Shown here piece by piece: positions 27,438-37,402 of a stretch of 64,000 bases of DNA. The stretch comes from Candidatus Nezhaarchaeales archaeon. GTDB taxonomy: Archaea > Thermoproteota > Methanomethylicia > Nezhaarchaeales > JAWCJE01. The stretch lies in NCBI GenBank assembly GCA_038853715.1, contig JAWCJE010000004.1:2718-66717 (forward strand). Direction: 5' to 3'. The position numbers and the translations under genes were made by a program. The notes under the pieces were generated by a model that did not search any database, was not told the origin of the DNA, and worked only from the letters and a program-made list of their open reading frames with translations. Within the stretch, counting starts at the first letter, position 1, and each line of letters opens with the position of its first letter.

Positions 27438-28889
27438 CTACTTAGCTTTTTGAAGCCTCCATTTAACCCCTTCTCGGGTATCCTCGAGAAGTATTCCGAA
27501 CTCTTCTTTCAACCTTGCCCTAATTTTATCCGCGGTTTCGTAGTCCTTCCTCCTCCTCGCTTCCTCCCTCTCCTGGATTAGCTTTTTAGCTTCCTCGGGT
27601 AGTTGTACCTCCTCGGTCTTCGGAACGATCTGGAAGAAGTCTCCGAGCTCCAGTATAACTTCCTTAGACTTCTCTAGGTCGGCCTTCGAGAAGTCTCCCT
27701 CATCGATCTTCCTGTTTACAAGCCTTACTATTTCTAGGAGGCAGGTTAAGGCTAGAGGGGTGTTTAGGTCGTCGAGCATAGCATCGTAGAACTTCGCCCT
27801 TAGCTCCATTAGCTCCCTTAAGAATTTCGCTCCCCCCTCCTTCGCCCTCCCTAGGTTCTCCTCTATCCTCTTAAGGGTGTTAGAGAGCCTTTCAACCTTC
27901 TTCATGGCGGCCTCTAAGTCCTTCTCATTATAGTCTAATGGCTTCCTGTAATGGGTGTTCGCTACCCACGCTCTTACGGCTTCGGGCGGATACTTCTCCA
28001 AGACCTTAACGGCTGGTATTACGTTGCCTAAGGATTTACTCATTTTAACGCCGTTTATCGTTAAAAGCCCAGTATGAACCCAGTATTTTACGTATGGCTT
28101 TACGCCCGTGGTTCCCTCTGCTTGAGCTATCTCGGCTTCATGGTGAGGGAAGGCGAGCTCGATTGCTCCACCGTGTATATCGTACTGGGGGCCGAAGTAC
28201 TTTAAGGCTATAGCCGTATCCTCGATATGCCAGCCGGGGAAGCCTAGACCCCATGGCGATTCCCACTTTAAGACGTGTTCAGGCTTAGCCCTTAACCAGA
28301 GGGCGAAGTCGCGGGGGTCTTTCTTATCCTTAGCTACTTCAACCCTTGCCCCGGCTATTAGCTCCTTCGGAACCCTTTTAGAGAGCTTCCCGTAATCCTT
28401 AAACTTCGCTACCTCGAAGTATACGTTACCCTCCTCCGTTACGTAGGCGTAACCATTTCTAATTAAGGCTTCAACCTGCTCTATGATCTCCTTTATATGC
28501 TCCGTAGCCCTAGGCATGAGGTCTGGTTTAAGGATCCTAAGCTTCTCCATGACCTCCAGCCAATGGTTTAAGTAGAAGTTAGCGATCTCCATGGGGTGCT
28601 TCTTCTCCTCCTTAGCCTTCTTAACCACTCTATCCTCGCCTGTATCTAGTAAGTGGCCGACGTCGGTAACGTTTTGAAGGTAGGTTACCTTAAAGCCTAG
28701 ATGGCGGAGGAACCTTACTAAGGTATCGTAGAAGGAGTAGGTCCTTACGTGGCCGAGGTGAACATAGTCGTAAACCGTTACCCCACAAACCATTAATTTA
28801 ACCTCGTTATCTTTAAGCGGCTTAAAAACTTCCTTCCTCCTAGTCATGGTGTTATAAAGCCTTAACTCCATTAACCCATCCTCCCACAC
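27438..28889 (-). CDS. cysS: Cysteinyl-tRNA synthetase
   Basis: HLGH-type (VHLGHVRTY) and KMSKS (VKMSKSLGN) class-I motifs; 483 aa. Confidence 0.85.
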   Translation of the reverse strand: MWEDGLMELRLYNTMTRRKEVFKPLKDNEVKLMVCGVTVYDYVHLGHVRTYSFYDTLVRFLRHLGFKVTYLQNVTDVGHLLDTGEDRVVKKAKEEKKHPMEIANFYLNHWLEVMEKLRILKPDLMPRATEHIKEIIEQVEALIRNGYAYVTEEGNVYFEVAKFKDYGKLSKRVPKELIAGARVEVAKDKKDPRDFALWLRAKPEHVLKWESPWGLGFPGWHIEDTAIALKYFGPQYDIHGGAIELAFPHHEAEIAQAEGTTGVKPYVKYWVHTGLLTINGVKMSKSLGNVIPAVKVLEKYPPEAVRAWVANTHYRKPLDYNEKDLEAAMKKVERLSNTLKRIEENLGRAKEGGAKFLRELMELRAKFYDAMLDDLNTPLALTCLLEIVRLVNRKIDEGDFSKADLEKSKEVILELGDFFQIVPKTEEVQLPEEAKKLIQEREEARRRKDYETADKIRARLKEEFGILLEDTREGVKWRLQKAK

Positions 28890-28897
28890 GGACGTCT

Positions 28898-29483
28898 CTA
28901 TGCGGGGTAACGGTTTAGTTTAACCTCTACTTCTTTAAGAGTTTTAAGAATTCCCTCGTAAACGCCGGTAGATCCGGCCACGCTCGACTTGTAACTAGCT
29001 TGTTTTCCGTCCACGACGACCTCCTGGTTAACGTAGATGGCTCCAGCCTGCTTTAGGTCTGGTGCGACCACCATGTAGCAGGTCATTCTTCTACCCTTCG
29101 CTAATCCGTAGCCCACGATTACTAGTGGGCCGTGGCGTATCGCTGCGACGGGCTTATTCGCATCAAAGAAGTGCTTTACGATTACTTCTAACTCAGGATA
29201 GGTTCTCATGTACTCCGGCGCCCTCCCCCCAGGGATGATTAAACCGTCGAACTCCTCGGGCTTTACGTCTTTATACGCTAAGTTAACCAAGCCGAACCTA
29301 TATCCGGGTTTTTCGGTATATGTTTCCCATCCGGGGTTCGAAGTCGTGGATAACGGTGAATAACGTCTTCTTTGACGGCGCCGCTACCGTAACGCTAATA
29401 CCTTCCTCCTTTAACCCCCAGAACGGGTAGAAGACCTCTTGGGCTTCAACAGCGTCTCTAGCTATGATTAAAACCTTTGGCAT
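28898..29483 (-). pseudogene. DJ-1/PfpI-family gene split by a frameshift (N-terminal 61 codons plus C-terminal 130 codons), with the nucleophile Cys replaced by Arg
   Basis: N-terminal MPKVLIIARDAVEAQEVFYPFWGLKEEGISV; C-terminal ..LIIPGGRAPE..KPVAAIRHGPLVIVG, where the family consensus is AICHGP. The two ORFs are 8 nt apart in different frames. Confidence 0.5.
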
Positions 29484-29696
29484 CCTATTTATCCTCCTAC
29501 ACGTAGGTATGCCGCTACGCTACATTAATTCTTTACGGCTTTCTACCGTTAAGTATAGCCATTCACCTTTCATCAGCACCCTTTCCATAAACCGTTGACG
29601 GGCTTGGTTAAGGCTTCTTTCCAAGTCCGCTTTATAGGAAGCTTTATAGGGTTTAATGGGGCGTTTCATATCGTGGAGGAGGCCGTAGCTTTAAAG

Positions 29697-29864
29697 ATGG
29701 GCGAATGCCCAAGGTGTGGTACGAGTAATACTGCTAAGTACGGCTTAGTGCCGATGAAGGTCGGTAAGACGCGAAGCATACTCGTTAACGTTTACGTATG
29801 CGCTAAATGCCGCCTCGTCTTCTATGAGAGAATGGAGGAAAAACTTGGTTCAAGCGAGCTTTAA
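29697..29864 (+). CDS. Small zinc-ribbon protein (CPRCG...CAKC)
   Basis: Internal ATG at 29697 preceded by GAGGAGG; MGECPRCGTSNTAKYGLVPMKVGKTRSILVNVYVCAKCRLVFYERMEEK. Confidence 0.4.
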   Translation: MGECPRCGTSNTAKYGLVPMKVGKTRSILVNVYVCAKCRLVFYERMEEKLGSSEL

Positions 29865-30057
29865 CGCTGATTAAGCTTAGCTTTTCAACCCCTATTTTTT
29901 CCTACTACATTCGTACGGGGTTTAATCAGCCTACCTAAAGGTGGCGGTGTAAACGGTATAAGCGAGTAAGACCTAGGTATTCTTCGGCTACGTTTTACCG
30001 AGTTAAAGTTGTCGGGTTTTTTCCCTCTCCTCCTACGCTTAAATCTATTGAGGAGCC

Positions 30058-30495
30058 TTGAAGCCTGAGGATAGACCGGAGGAGCTTATTAAGGTCTACA
30101 TTAAGGAGCTTGAGGCTGGAGCGCGCGGCGGCATGGTTATTATATCCTCCAAGAAGGTTATTAGGCGGTTTAAAGTTGAAAGCCCCAATTTAAAGGCTCA
30201 GATCACCCGCCTACTACCTAGGATAGCTGAACGGTATGGGTATGTCGCTACGCGCATAGGACGTAGAAGAGTATACGTTAAGATGCTTAAGGCCCCGTTA
30301 ACAATTAAGGGTGGGGGAAGAAGCCGAAGGCTACGTTTAACCCTCCATCAATATGGAAAGGGACCTATACCTCAACTATCTAAGGGTGATGAAGGGGGTA
30401 ATTATATAGGGAAGGAATATGAGACCGCTTCCCCCTACGGCTTTAATGCTCCACCGTTTACATCACCCCTCGAGAGGAGGGTTAAGGAGGAGTAA
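30058..30495 (+). CDS. Hypothetical basic protein
   Basis: 145 aa, Arg/Lys-rich, no recognizable motif. Confidence 0.3.
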   Translation: MKPEDRPEELIKVYIKELEAGARGGMVIISSKKVIRRFKVESPNLKAQITRLLPRIAERYGYVATRIGRRRVYVKMLKAPLTIKGGGRSRRLRLTLHQYGKGPIPQLSKGDEGGNYIGKEYETASPYGFNAPPFTSPLERRVKEE

Positions 30496-30829
30496 AGCGT
30501 TAATCCATGCGGAATCCGATTTTCTAATCATAACCTTTACCATCCTCTCATCCGTAAGGAAGCCGATGAACGCGTTTAAGCTTAAAGGGCTTCCCTAAAG
30601 GAGCTAGATTCCGAGTCCGTATAGGTACATGGCTCCTCCCGATAAAGGAACCCTCTCCCCGATGATGTTTCACCTCCAGGTTGCTTAAGGAGGTTGACAT
30701 TTAAAGTGGTAGAGCTCAGCCTAAAGGCTTTTAACGTGTTAGAATACGTTTAAAAGTGGTTTACAACGTATAACTCGTAAGCCTCTAGCCGCTTAGAGTA
30801 AAACGTGGAAATGGAGGGGCTAGTCGAAG

Positions 30830-31852
30830 TTGACCCTTATTAGCGGTAAGCTACATCCAGATGTCCTTGAGAAACTGGTTTTTACGCGGCTAGGTGTTAA
30901 GGATCCACGCGTACTCGTAGGGCCTAAGCTGGGTGAGGATGCAGCTGTAATCGATATGGGTGATAGGGTGCTCGTAATCCACGTAGACCCTATAACGGGC
31001 GCAGTTAAGAACGTTGGATGGTTAGCGGTAAACGTATCCGTAAACGACGTAGCCTCTAGAGGGGCAAAACCGCTTTGGATCCTCATATCCTTATTTCTAA
31101 GGGAGGGAGCAAGCCTAGAGGAGGCTGAGGCTATAACGACGCAGATTAATGAAGCCGCGCTTCAATTAGGCGTTTCAGTAGTTGGAGGACATACTGAGGT
31201 AACGCCGGGTTTAACACGGCCTATAATCGTCTCGGTGGCGGTAGGTGAAGCGCCGAAGAACGCCTACGTGACTTCTAGCGGAGCGAGACCGGGAGACGCC
31301 ATAGTAGTTACTAAGGGAGCCGCTATTGAGGGGACGGGTATACTAGCATACGAGTTTGAAAGAGAGTTAACGGTTAGGCTCGGCGAAGACGTGATTGAGA
31401 GGGCTAAGCGGTACATTACGATGATAAGCGTGCTTAAGGACGCGCAAATAGCAATAAGCGTTAGAGGCGTAACGGCTATGCATGACGCAACCGAGGGCGG
31501 CGTACTAGGAGCTATTCAAGAGGTTGCGTGGGCATCCAAGGTAGGGGTTAAGGTCTACGAGGATCGGATCCCGATAAGCCCTGAGACCAAGGCTATATGC
31601 AGCCTTCTCGGCATAGACCCCCTTCGAACCATAAGCTCTGGAACACTGATAATAACGGTTAAACCGGGGAAAACTGAAGAACTCGTTAAACAGCTTAACG
31701 TTAACGACGTAAAGGCCTCCGTAGTAGGCGAGGTAACAGAGCCTAGAGAAGGAATTAAGCTATATAAGTCCGATGGAAGCGTTGAGGACCTCTTAACGCC
31801 GATCCGCGAGCAGCTATGGACCGTCATGGAAAAGAGGCTAAGCATAACTTAG
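30830..31852 (+). CDS. PurM-superfamily protein, HypE-like but lacking the C-terminal Cys motif
   Basis: GEDAAVIDMGDRVLVIHVDP..VGWLAVNVSVNDVASRGAKPLWILISLF..GVSVVGGHTEV parallels HypE AEDAAVLDLG..GKLAVCGTVNDLAVSGATPL..AIVTGDTKV; ends ..EKRLSIT with no PRIC. Confidence 0.55.
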   Translation: MTLISGKLHPDVLEKLVFTRLGVKDPRVLVGPKLGEDAAVIDMGDRVLVIHVDPITGAVKNVGWLAVNVSVNDVASRGAKPLWILISLFLREGASLEEAEAITTQINEAALQLGVSVVGGHTEVTPGLTRPIIVSVAVGEAPKNAYVTSSGARPGDAIVVTKGAAIEGTGILAYEFERELTVRLGEDVIERAKRYITMISVLKDAQIAISVRGVTAMHDATEGGVLGAIQEVAWASKVGVKVYEDRIPISPETKAICSLLGIDPLRTISSGTLIITVKPGKTEELVKQLNVNDVKASVVGEVTEPREGIKLYKSDGSVEDLLTPIREQLWTVMEKRLSIT

Positions 31853-32027
31853 GCGGTTCTAATGTTTTCTTAGGAATGCTCGTATGAAGTACGCCGCTAT
31901 CTATCGTGAGCTTAACCTCTTCAACTCCTTTACTGTAAAAAGGACTTAGAGATTCTAGCCTTTAAGACGTCAACGTCTACAGGCATTTTTAAGCCTCCAT
32001 CTGCTTCTAAACATTGATTATTAGAAT

Positions 32028-32453
32028 CTATTCAAATTTTCTTTTAAGCGGTGTTCTGTCGAAATCCTTATCGTTTGAAACTATTTCTCTCGCCTTGTTC
32101 CTTAGTGCGGTAGCTAGATGTAATGCGTCCTCGTAGTCTAGGTCGTATTCTTTCATAAGTTTAGCCGCTTGAGTTACGTCTTCTACTGTTAGAGGCGTTA
32201 TTGTTAGACCTGGAAGATTTTTCACAGAGTTCACTATTTCTTCGACTAATTCTTGGTTCTTTAGGTTTTTGCCTGTTAAGCCTGCTATTATTATCAGCGT
32301 TTGGTATATTGTTAGAGTTGACGTTACATATTTTCTCCGGGCTGATTTCTCGATTTTCTTTATCCATTGGCAGGCTGTTTTGCCGAAGCTGGGGTGGTTG
32401 CCGAGCCAGTATATGAAGGCGTTTATGTCTACGTAGCTTTCCGGGTCCACCAT
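32028..32453 (-). CDS. vapC: PIN-domain toxin VapC (third pair)
   Basis: MVDPESYVDINAFIYWL...DALHLATA...EIVSNDKDFD. Confidence 0.7.
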   Translation of the reverse strand: MVDPESYVDINAFIYWLGNHPSFGKTACQWIKKIEKSARRKYVTSTLTIYQTLIIIAGLTGKNLKNQELVEEIVNSVKNLPGLTITPLTVEDVTQAAKLMKEYDLDYEDALHLATALRNKAREIVSNDKDFDRTPLKRKFE

Positions 32454-32674
32454 TTATTCATAACCTCAACTATGAACTCGTCTAGGTCTTCTGGCCATTT
32501 TGTTATTTTGAAGGCTCCAAAGTATTTGTCGGCTATGGGTTCAAGGGGTTCGATTGTTATGATTTTCTCGCCAGCCTTTATCTTAACGTAGCTTCCTTCT
32601 TTCACCTTAGCTTGTTCTCGGAGTTTTTTAGGAATCATAACTCTGCCTTTCTCATCTACTTTCATAATTTCCAT
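32429..32674 (-). CDS. vapB: AbrB/SpoVT (MazE-like) swapped-hairpin antitoxin VapB
   Basis: KVDEKGRVMIPKKLREQAKVKEGSYVKI; 25-nt overlap with vapC. Confidence 0.65.
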   Translation of the reverse strand: MEIMKVDEKGRVMIPKKLREQAKVKEGSYVKIKAGEKIITIEPLEPIADKYFGAFKITKWPEDLDEFIVEVMNKWWTRKAT

Positions 32675-33302
32675 TACGTTGACCCAATCATACTTTGATT
32701 CCCACTTATTTAAGTTTTCCCACCTACGCCTTTTTTAACATTGTTGGATCCTTAATTTTAGAGCATGCCCCACCTATATCCAAGTTTTTCCAGCAAATCG
32801 CTCTCAACAGTTAAATGTAGACCTTTTCCTTCCAAGTCTTAAGGCGGATAATGCCGAAAATAGCTGTGATGAGTATTCCGAGCCCTGAAAATGCATCCAT
32901 CATGAAAACCTTAAACAGTAAAAGAACTAAAAAGAAGGTTTAAACTTACGTCAAAAAATATTGTTAACTGAAGCTACGTGCTCTTAAGCGGTAAGGCGTT
33001 AGACGACTTAAATATAGTTTTACTGAAGCCAAGCATAGGAATATGGCGATTTTCGACGGCCCGCCGGAGAAGGTCAGGGAAAGCGTTAAAACACCATGAC
33101 GGGAAGAGGATACATCTACCCCGCTACGCCTAAACTAGAAAAAACATGCTTAAAGCCAACATGACTCTAGGCTGAGCTCTTAAAACGTGTACGTCGAATG
33201 CTTAAGTGTAAGTATGTTAGGAGATGAAGCTGCTCACCAATAAAAGCGGGGAGAAGAAATTTAGACTCGAGTTGTAGGTGTTGTTAATCTTAAAGCGGGC
33301 TT

Positions 33303-33581
33303 CTATCTTATCGGGGTTCTCGGCTTCGGTGTTTGTTTAAGCTCCTTTGGGACGTTAACCACCCTAACGACGTTCGTACTGTTAATTACGTAGATCGGTG
33401 TCCCATCAGCGGCGTATTTACGAAGCCGCTTTACGCCTTGAAGTACTAGTTTAACCTTCAACGTTGAGCCATCGCTAAGCTTATACGTGTTCCAGTGTTC
33501 CTCCACTTCTTCGAAGTCTAGATCCTCAGCTTCGGCTAGGTCTTCAGGCGTAATCGGCTGATGCGTCTCCATACCGCTCAT
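33303..33581 (-). CDS. Hypothetical small acidic protein
   Basis: 92 aa, no motif recognized. Confidence 0.3.
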   Translation of the reverse strand: MSGMETHQPITPEDLAEAEDLDFEEVEEHWNTYKLSDGSTLKVKLVLQGVKRLRKYAADGTPIYVINSTNVVRVVNVPKELKQTPKPRTPIR

Positions 33582-33738
33582 CCAAGGTTACGCTTAGCCG
33601 TCCCCGGCTAAGAATTTTATGGTTCCCACCGCCACTTCATGGAGCTACGTTGGATGGCCAAAAGGGTTAAATAGGTCCAATGCTAATCCGCCTTAGGGTT
33701 GGCTTTGACCAAACCTCTAAGCTTAAGGGTTAAAGAAG

Positions 33739-35259
33739 ATGAGTACGTACTTACCGGATTCATCGGCGTTTAGATCTGGAGCGGTAGCTAGGCTTATCGA
33801 GAGCGGGGTTATAAAGGGTAGGATCCTCCTGCATAGAAGCGTTCTAGCGGAGTTTGAGGATAGGGCTCTGGGAGGGGATTTCTCAGGGCTTGAAGCAGTT
33901 AAGCAGGCGCGTAGAGCTGCTGAGAGTAAGGGGTTAACGTTTACGCTTTACGGTGGTAATGGTGCTGAGGCTGCTACGAGTGTTAGGGAGGCCGCTTTAA
34001 CCGTTAACGGCGTCCTAGTAACTAGCGACTACGTAGCGGCTAAGGTTGCTGAGGCCCTCGGCGTTAAGGTGATCTACGATAGGTTGAAGGGCAGGCTTAA
34101 GCTTGAAGACTTCTTTGAAGACGACGTAATGTCGGTACACTTAAAGGAGGGGCTACCTCCACGCGTTAAACGGGGAGCTCCTGGAAAATGGGTTTTCGAG
34201 GTTATAGGTGATTGGAAGCTCAGTAAGAACGACTTGGAAGGCATTGTTGAGGAGGTTATTGAGAGGGCTAAAACCTTTGAGGAGGGATTTATTGAAAGTG
34301 AAAGGCCTGGTTCAACCATAGTTCAGCTTGGCGCCTATAGGATCGTCATTACGAAGCCCCCCTTCTCCGATGGCTTAGAGTTAACGGCGGTTAGACCTAT
34401 AGTTAAGTTAAGCCTATACGATTACCGACTACCTGAGAAGCTATTAACTAGGCTTGAAGAACGAGCTGAAGGCATACTTATAGCGGGAGCCCCAGGTATG
34501 GGTAAAACTACGTTTGCTCAGGCGTTAGCCGAGTTCTACCTATCCAAGAATAAGGTGGTTAAAACTATAGAGGCGCCCCGCGACTTACAGCTACCCGCGG
34601 ATGTTACGCAGTACTCTAAAGTGGCTGCTTCATCCGAGGAGATCCACGACATCCTACTCCTCGGAAGGCCGGATTACACCATATTTGACGAGATGAGGGA
34701 TACTAACGACTTTAAGCTATACGCTGATTTAAGGCTCGCCGGCGTCGGTATGGTTGGTGTTGTCCACGCCACTACGCCTATCGACGCTATACAGCGCTTC
34801 GTCGGCCGGGTTGAGCTTGGAATGATACCGAGCATTATAGATACGGTGATCTTCATAAAGGACGGTAACGTGGAAAAGGTTTACGCTGTAGAAACCGTTA
34901 TCAAGGTTCCTTACGGCATTAAGGAGGAGGATTTAGCGCGGCCGGTAGTTGTCGTCAAGGACTTCATGACCGACGAGCCCGAATATGAGATGTACGTGTT
35001 CGGCGAGAAAACTTTCGTAGTTCCAACTAGGAGGCATCAGCAAAACGACTTAATAGTTAAACGGGCCGTAGAGAACCTAGTTAAAAGGTATACCTCGGAG
35101 TTTAAGGTTGAGGTTTACAATGGAGGAGTAACGGTCTACGTACCGCGTAGCGTAACCCACACCGTAATGAAGAAGTGCCGTAAGAAACTTGAGAGGGCTG
35201 GGAGACGTATGGGCATAAACGAGGTATCGATCCAACCGATGGACCTTGAGCGGGCCTAA
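33739..35259 (+). CDS. PIN-domain plus PhoH/PilT-like P-loop ATPase plus KH-like C-terminus (COG1855-type archaeal ATPase)
   Basis: Walker A LIAGAPGMGKTTFA, Walker B DYTIFDEMRD; N-terminal PIN-like GRILLHRSVLAEF..; 506 aa. Confidence 0.6.
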   Translation: MSTYLPDSSAFRSGAVARLIESGVIKGRILLHRSVLAEFEDRALGGDFSGLEAVKQARRAAESKGLTFTLYGGNGAEAATSVREAALTVNGVLVTSDYVAAKVAEALGVKVIYDRLKGRLKLEDFFEDDVMSVHLKEGLPPRVKRGAPGKWVFEVIGDWKLSKNDLEGIVEEVIERAKTFEEGFIESERPGSTIVQLGAYRIVITKPPFSDGLELTAVRPIVKLSLYDYRLPEKLLTRLEERAEGILIAGAPGMGKTTFAQALAEFYLSKNKVVKTIEAPRDLQLPADVTQYSKVAASSEEIHDILLLGRPDYTIFDEMRDTNDFKLYADLRLAGVGMVGVVHATTPIDAIQRFVGRVELGMIPSIIDTVIFIKDGNVEKVYAVETVIKVPYGIKEEDLARPVVVVKDFMTDEPEYEMYVFGEKTFVVPTRRHQQNDLIVKRAVENLVKRYTSEFKVEVYNGGVTVYVPRSVTHTVMKKCRKKLERAGRRMGINEVSIQPMDLERA

Positions 35260-35288
35260 ACCGTCATCCCTGTAATAGCCGTTTAAGC

Positions 35289-36059
35289 TTATCCCACCGG
35301 TATCTCGTACCACCACCTACCGGCGCGATATACCATTCGTTTACGCTTCCCCCAAGCGATGATAGGTGTTAACGCTAAACCAGCTATAAAACCACCTACG
35401 TGGGCCCAGAAGGCTACACCGGTGAAAACGCCTATCGATAGGCTGATTAAACCCATCCATAACTGATAGAGGAACCAGAAAAACATGAATACTACTGCGG
35501 GTAGACGGATTACCACGGGTAGCCAGAGGAATGAGAAGGTTAGAAGGCTTATCGAGGATCTAGGGAATAATACTAGGTAGGCGCCTAGCACCCCGGAAAT
35601 AGCACCGGAAGCCCCGATGGTCGGTATTAACAGCGTACTTACGGTTATCCTACGTTTAAGGAGGGGGTCGTAGATAGTTATTGGCTTAGCGGACCAGAGT
35701 TCAACGGCTACGTGTATGAGGCCCGCTAAAACCCCTGAAGCTAAGTAAAGCATGAGGTACCTAACGCTTTTAAGTCTCGTTTCTACGCTACACCCGAAAA
35801 CGTATAGGTATAGCATATTGCCGAGTAGATGGAGTAGATTAACGTGCATAAACATGGAGGATATGAGCGTATGAATGCGCTCGCCGTGTAAAATATGGTA
35901 GGGGGTTAAGCCATACTTTTCTATTAACTGGCTTGATACGTCGGGGTTTAAGAGGGATAGGTATACGAAGACCGCGACGTTAACGGCCGTTAGTAGCCAT
36001 GTAACCGCTGGTAAACCCTTCAACCTTTGAGCGGCGAGAGGGAACGTTCCTACTGCCAT
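35289..36059 (-). CDS. Rhomboid-family intramembrane serine protease
   Basis: GASGAISGVLGAYLVLFP (GxSG) and AHVGGFIAGL (catalytic His) in TM helices. Confidence 0.7.
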   Translation of the reverse strand: MAVGTFPLAAQRLKGLPAVTWLLTAVNVAVFVYLSLLNPDVSSQLIEKYGLTPYHILHGERIHTLISSMFMHVNLLHLLGNMLYLYVFGCSVETRLKSVRYLMLYLASGVLAGLIHVAVELWSAKPITIYDPLLKRRITVSTLLIPTIGASGAISGVLGAYLVLFPRSSISLLTFSFLWLPVVIRLPAVVFMFFWFLYQLWMGLISLSIGVFTGVAFWAHVGGFIAGLALTPIIAWGKRKRMVYRAGRWWYEIPVG

Positions 36060-36101
36060 CGACGTTAAACCATTTGGAAGGCTTAACGCTTTACCGGTTA
36101 A

Positions 36102-36335
36102 TTAGGCTTCCACGAAGGTTTCGGTGCTCCTCACACCGTCCATGGAGTTTATTTTACCGGATAGCTCGGCTATCGCCCTATTATCCGCGGCCTCTATGAG
36201 GGCTACTATATCGAACCTACCGTAGACGTTGTAGGCCTTCTTAACCTCCTTTAATCCGTTAAGCTCCTTCAGTATCGAGTCCACCTTGGTCGGTACGGCC
36301 TTAATAGCTATACAAGCTTTAACCATGGTTCCCAC
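36102..36335 (-). CDS. Stand-alone Lrp/AsnC C-terminal (RAM) domain protein
   Basis: 77 aa; ..YNVYGRFDIVALIEAAD..VRSTETFV. Confidence 0.6.
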   Translation of the reverse strand: MGTMVKACIAIKAVPTKVDSILKELNGLKEVKKAYNVYGRFDIVALIEAADNRAIAELSGKINSMDGVRSTETFVEA

Positions 36336-36338
36336 CCT

Positions 36339-36569
36339 TCAAGCCTGAATCTCGACAAGGGTCTCTGTAAATACGACGCCGCTTAACTTACCTATTCTTA
36401 GCACGGCGTTACCTAGCGACTTAAAGTCCTCAGCCTCTAAATCCGCTACCACGTCGTACCTGCCTAGCACTGTGAAAGCGTCCTTAACCTCCTTAAACTG
36501 TTTAACCCGTTCAGCTATCTCCATGAAGCGGCCTCTAGCACACCTAATCAGCATACAGGCTCTAATCAT
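36339..36569 (-). CDS. Stand-alone Lrp/AsnC C-terminal (RAM) domain protein, tandem partner
   Basis: 76 aa; ..FTVLGRYDVVADLEAED..VFTETLVEI; 3-nt spacing. Confidence 0.6.
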   Translation of the reverse strand: MIRACMLIRCARGRFMEIAERVKQFKEVKDAFTVLGRYDVVADLEAEDFKSLGNAVLRIGKLSGVVFTETLVEIQA

Positions 36570-36686
36570 GCTTTCTACCCGAAAGACGGTGCATCCTTAA
36601 AAATATAAGCTTTACTACATCGGCTAAGTTAACTTGGATGACCTGTTCTCTGGTTAATCTATCGATTTCTAAACCATGACCTACCC

Positions 36687-37058
36687 TCACGTTTTCCCTG
36701 CTTCCATGAGCCTTGAAGCTAGCTCCTTAAAGATTCCGTAGGCTCTTATAATGGGGCTACTAACCATCACGTCTTCGCCCTTAACCTTTACCACTCTCCT
36801 ATAGTTTGGTAGTGCTGCGTAGCAGACCTGCTCCATTAATACTCGTCCCTCCTTCAGGAACGCTAAGGAAACAGTTCTCGCGTCAAGTATATCGCTACAG
36901 GCGCATACAACAAGCCCTTCATGCCATAGGGGGTTCTTCCTCGATAGGCGAGCGCAGAAGGCTAAGTCTTCAAGGCCTTTCTCATCCATGCTGTAGACCT
37001 CAACGTTAAAGCCTCTCCACTTAAAGCTTAAAGACGGTTTGGCCAGCTTTAACACCAT
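36687..37058 (-). CDS. Hypothetical protein
   Basis: 123 aa, no motif recognized. Confidence 0.3.
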   Translation of the reverse strand: MVLKLAKPSLSFKWRGFNVEVYSMDEKGLEDLAFCARLSRKNPLWHEGLVVCACSDILDARTVSLAFLKEGRVLMEQVCYAALPNYRRVVKVKGEDVMVSSPIIRAYGIFKELASRLMEAGKT

Positions 37059-37402
37059 ATAACCTTTCCTATAGGCCCAGTAAAAGCATTAACGGTGTAG
37101 CCTCCGTGTTTGTAACAGCCCATCGGTTTTATTAATGTTTTCTACGCTTGTTAATGTTCCCCTCTCCTAAGCATTCTGTTTTAGTTTTAATTCATGTTTC
37201 CTATGTTTATTAGAATCTACTTGGTTCGGGTCTTACTAGGTATTCTACCTTTAGCTAAGCTATACGGTGACTACGGTTCTTCAGAGAGCATAGTTAAAGC
37301 GTTAATAGAGATAATGGACTGTTACAAACACTAGCCTCTACTAGAAAAGGTTAAGCTTGGCCGTTTAATCTATATTTCCGGCCGGATTTCGATGGAGGAG
37401 GC

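Noticed and set aside
29330-29350. gggttcgaagtc resembling a tRNA T-loop
   Set aside because: No acceptor stem or anticodon arm context; lies inside the PfpI coding relic. No tRNA identified in the window by eye.
32864-32895. C/D-box sRNA candidate
   Set aside because: C-like and D-like boxes present but no terminal stem or guide complementarity could be verified.
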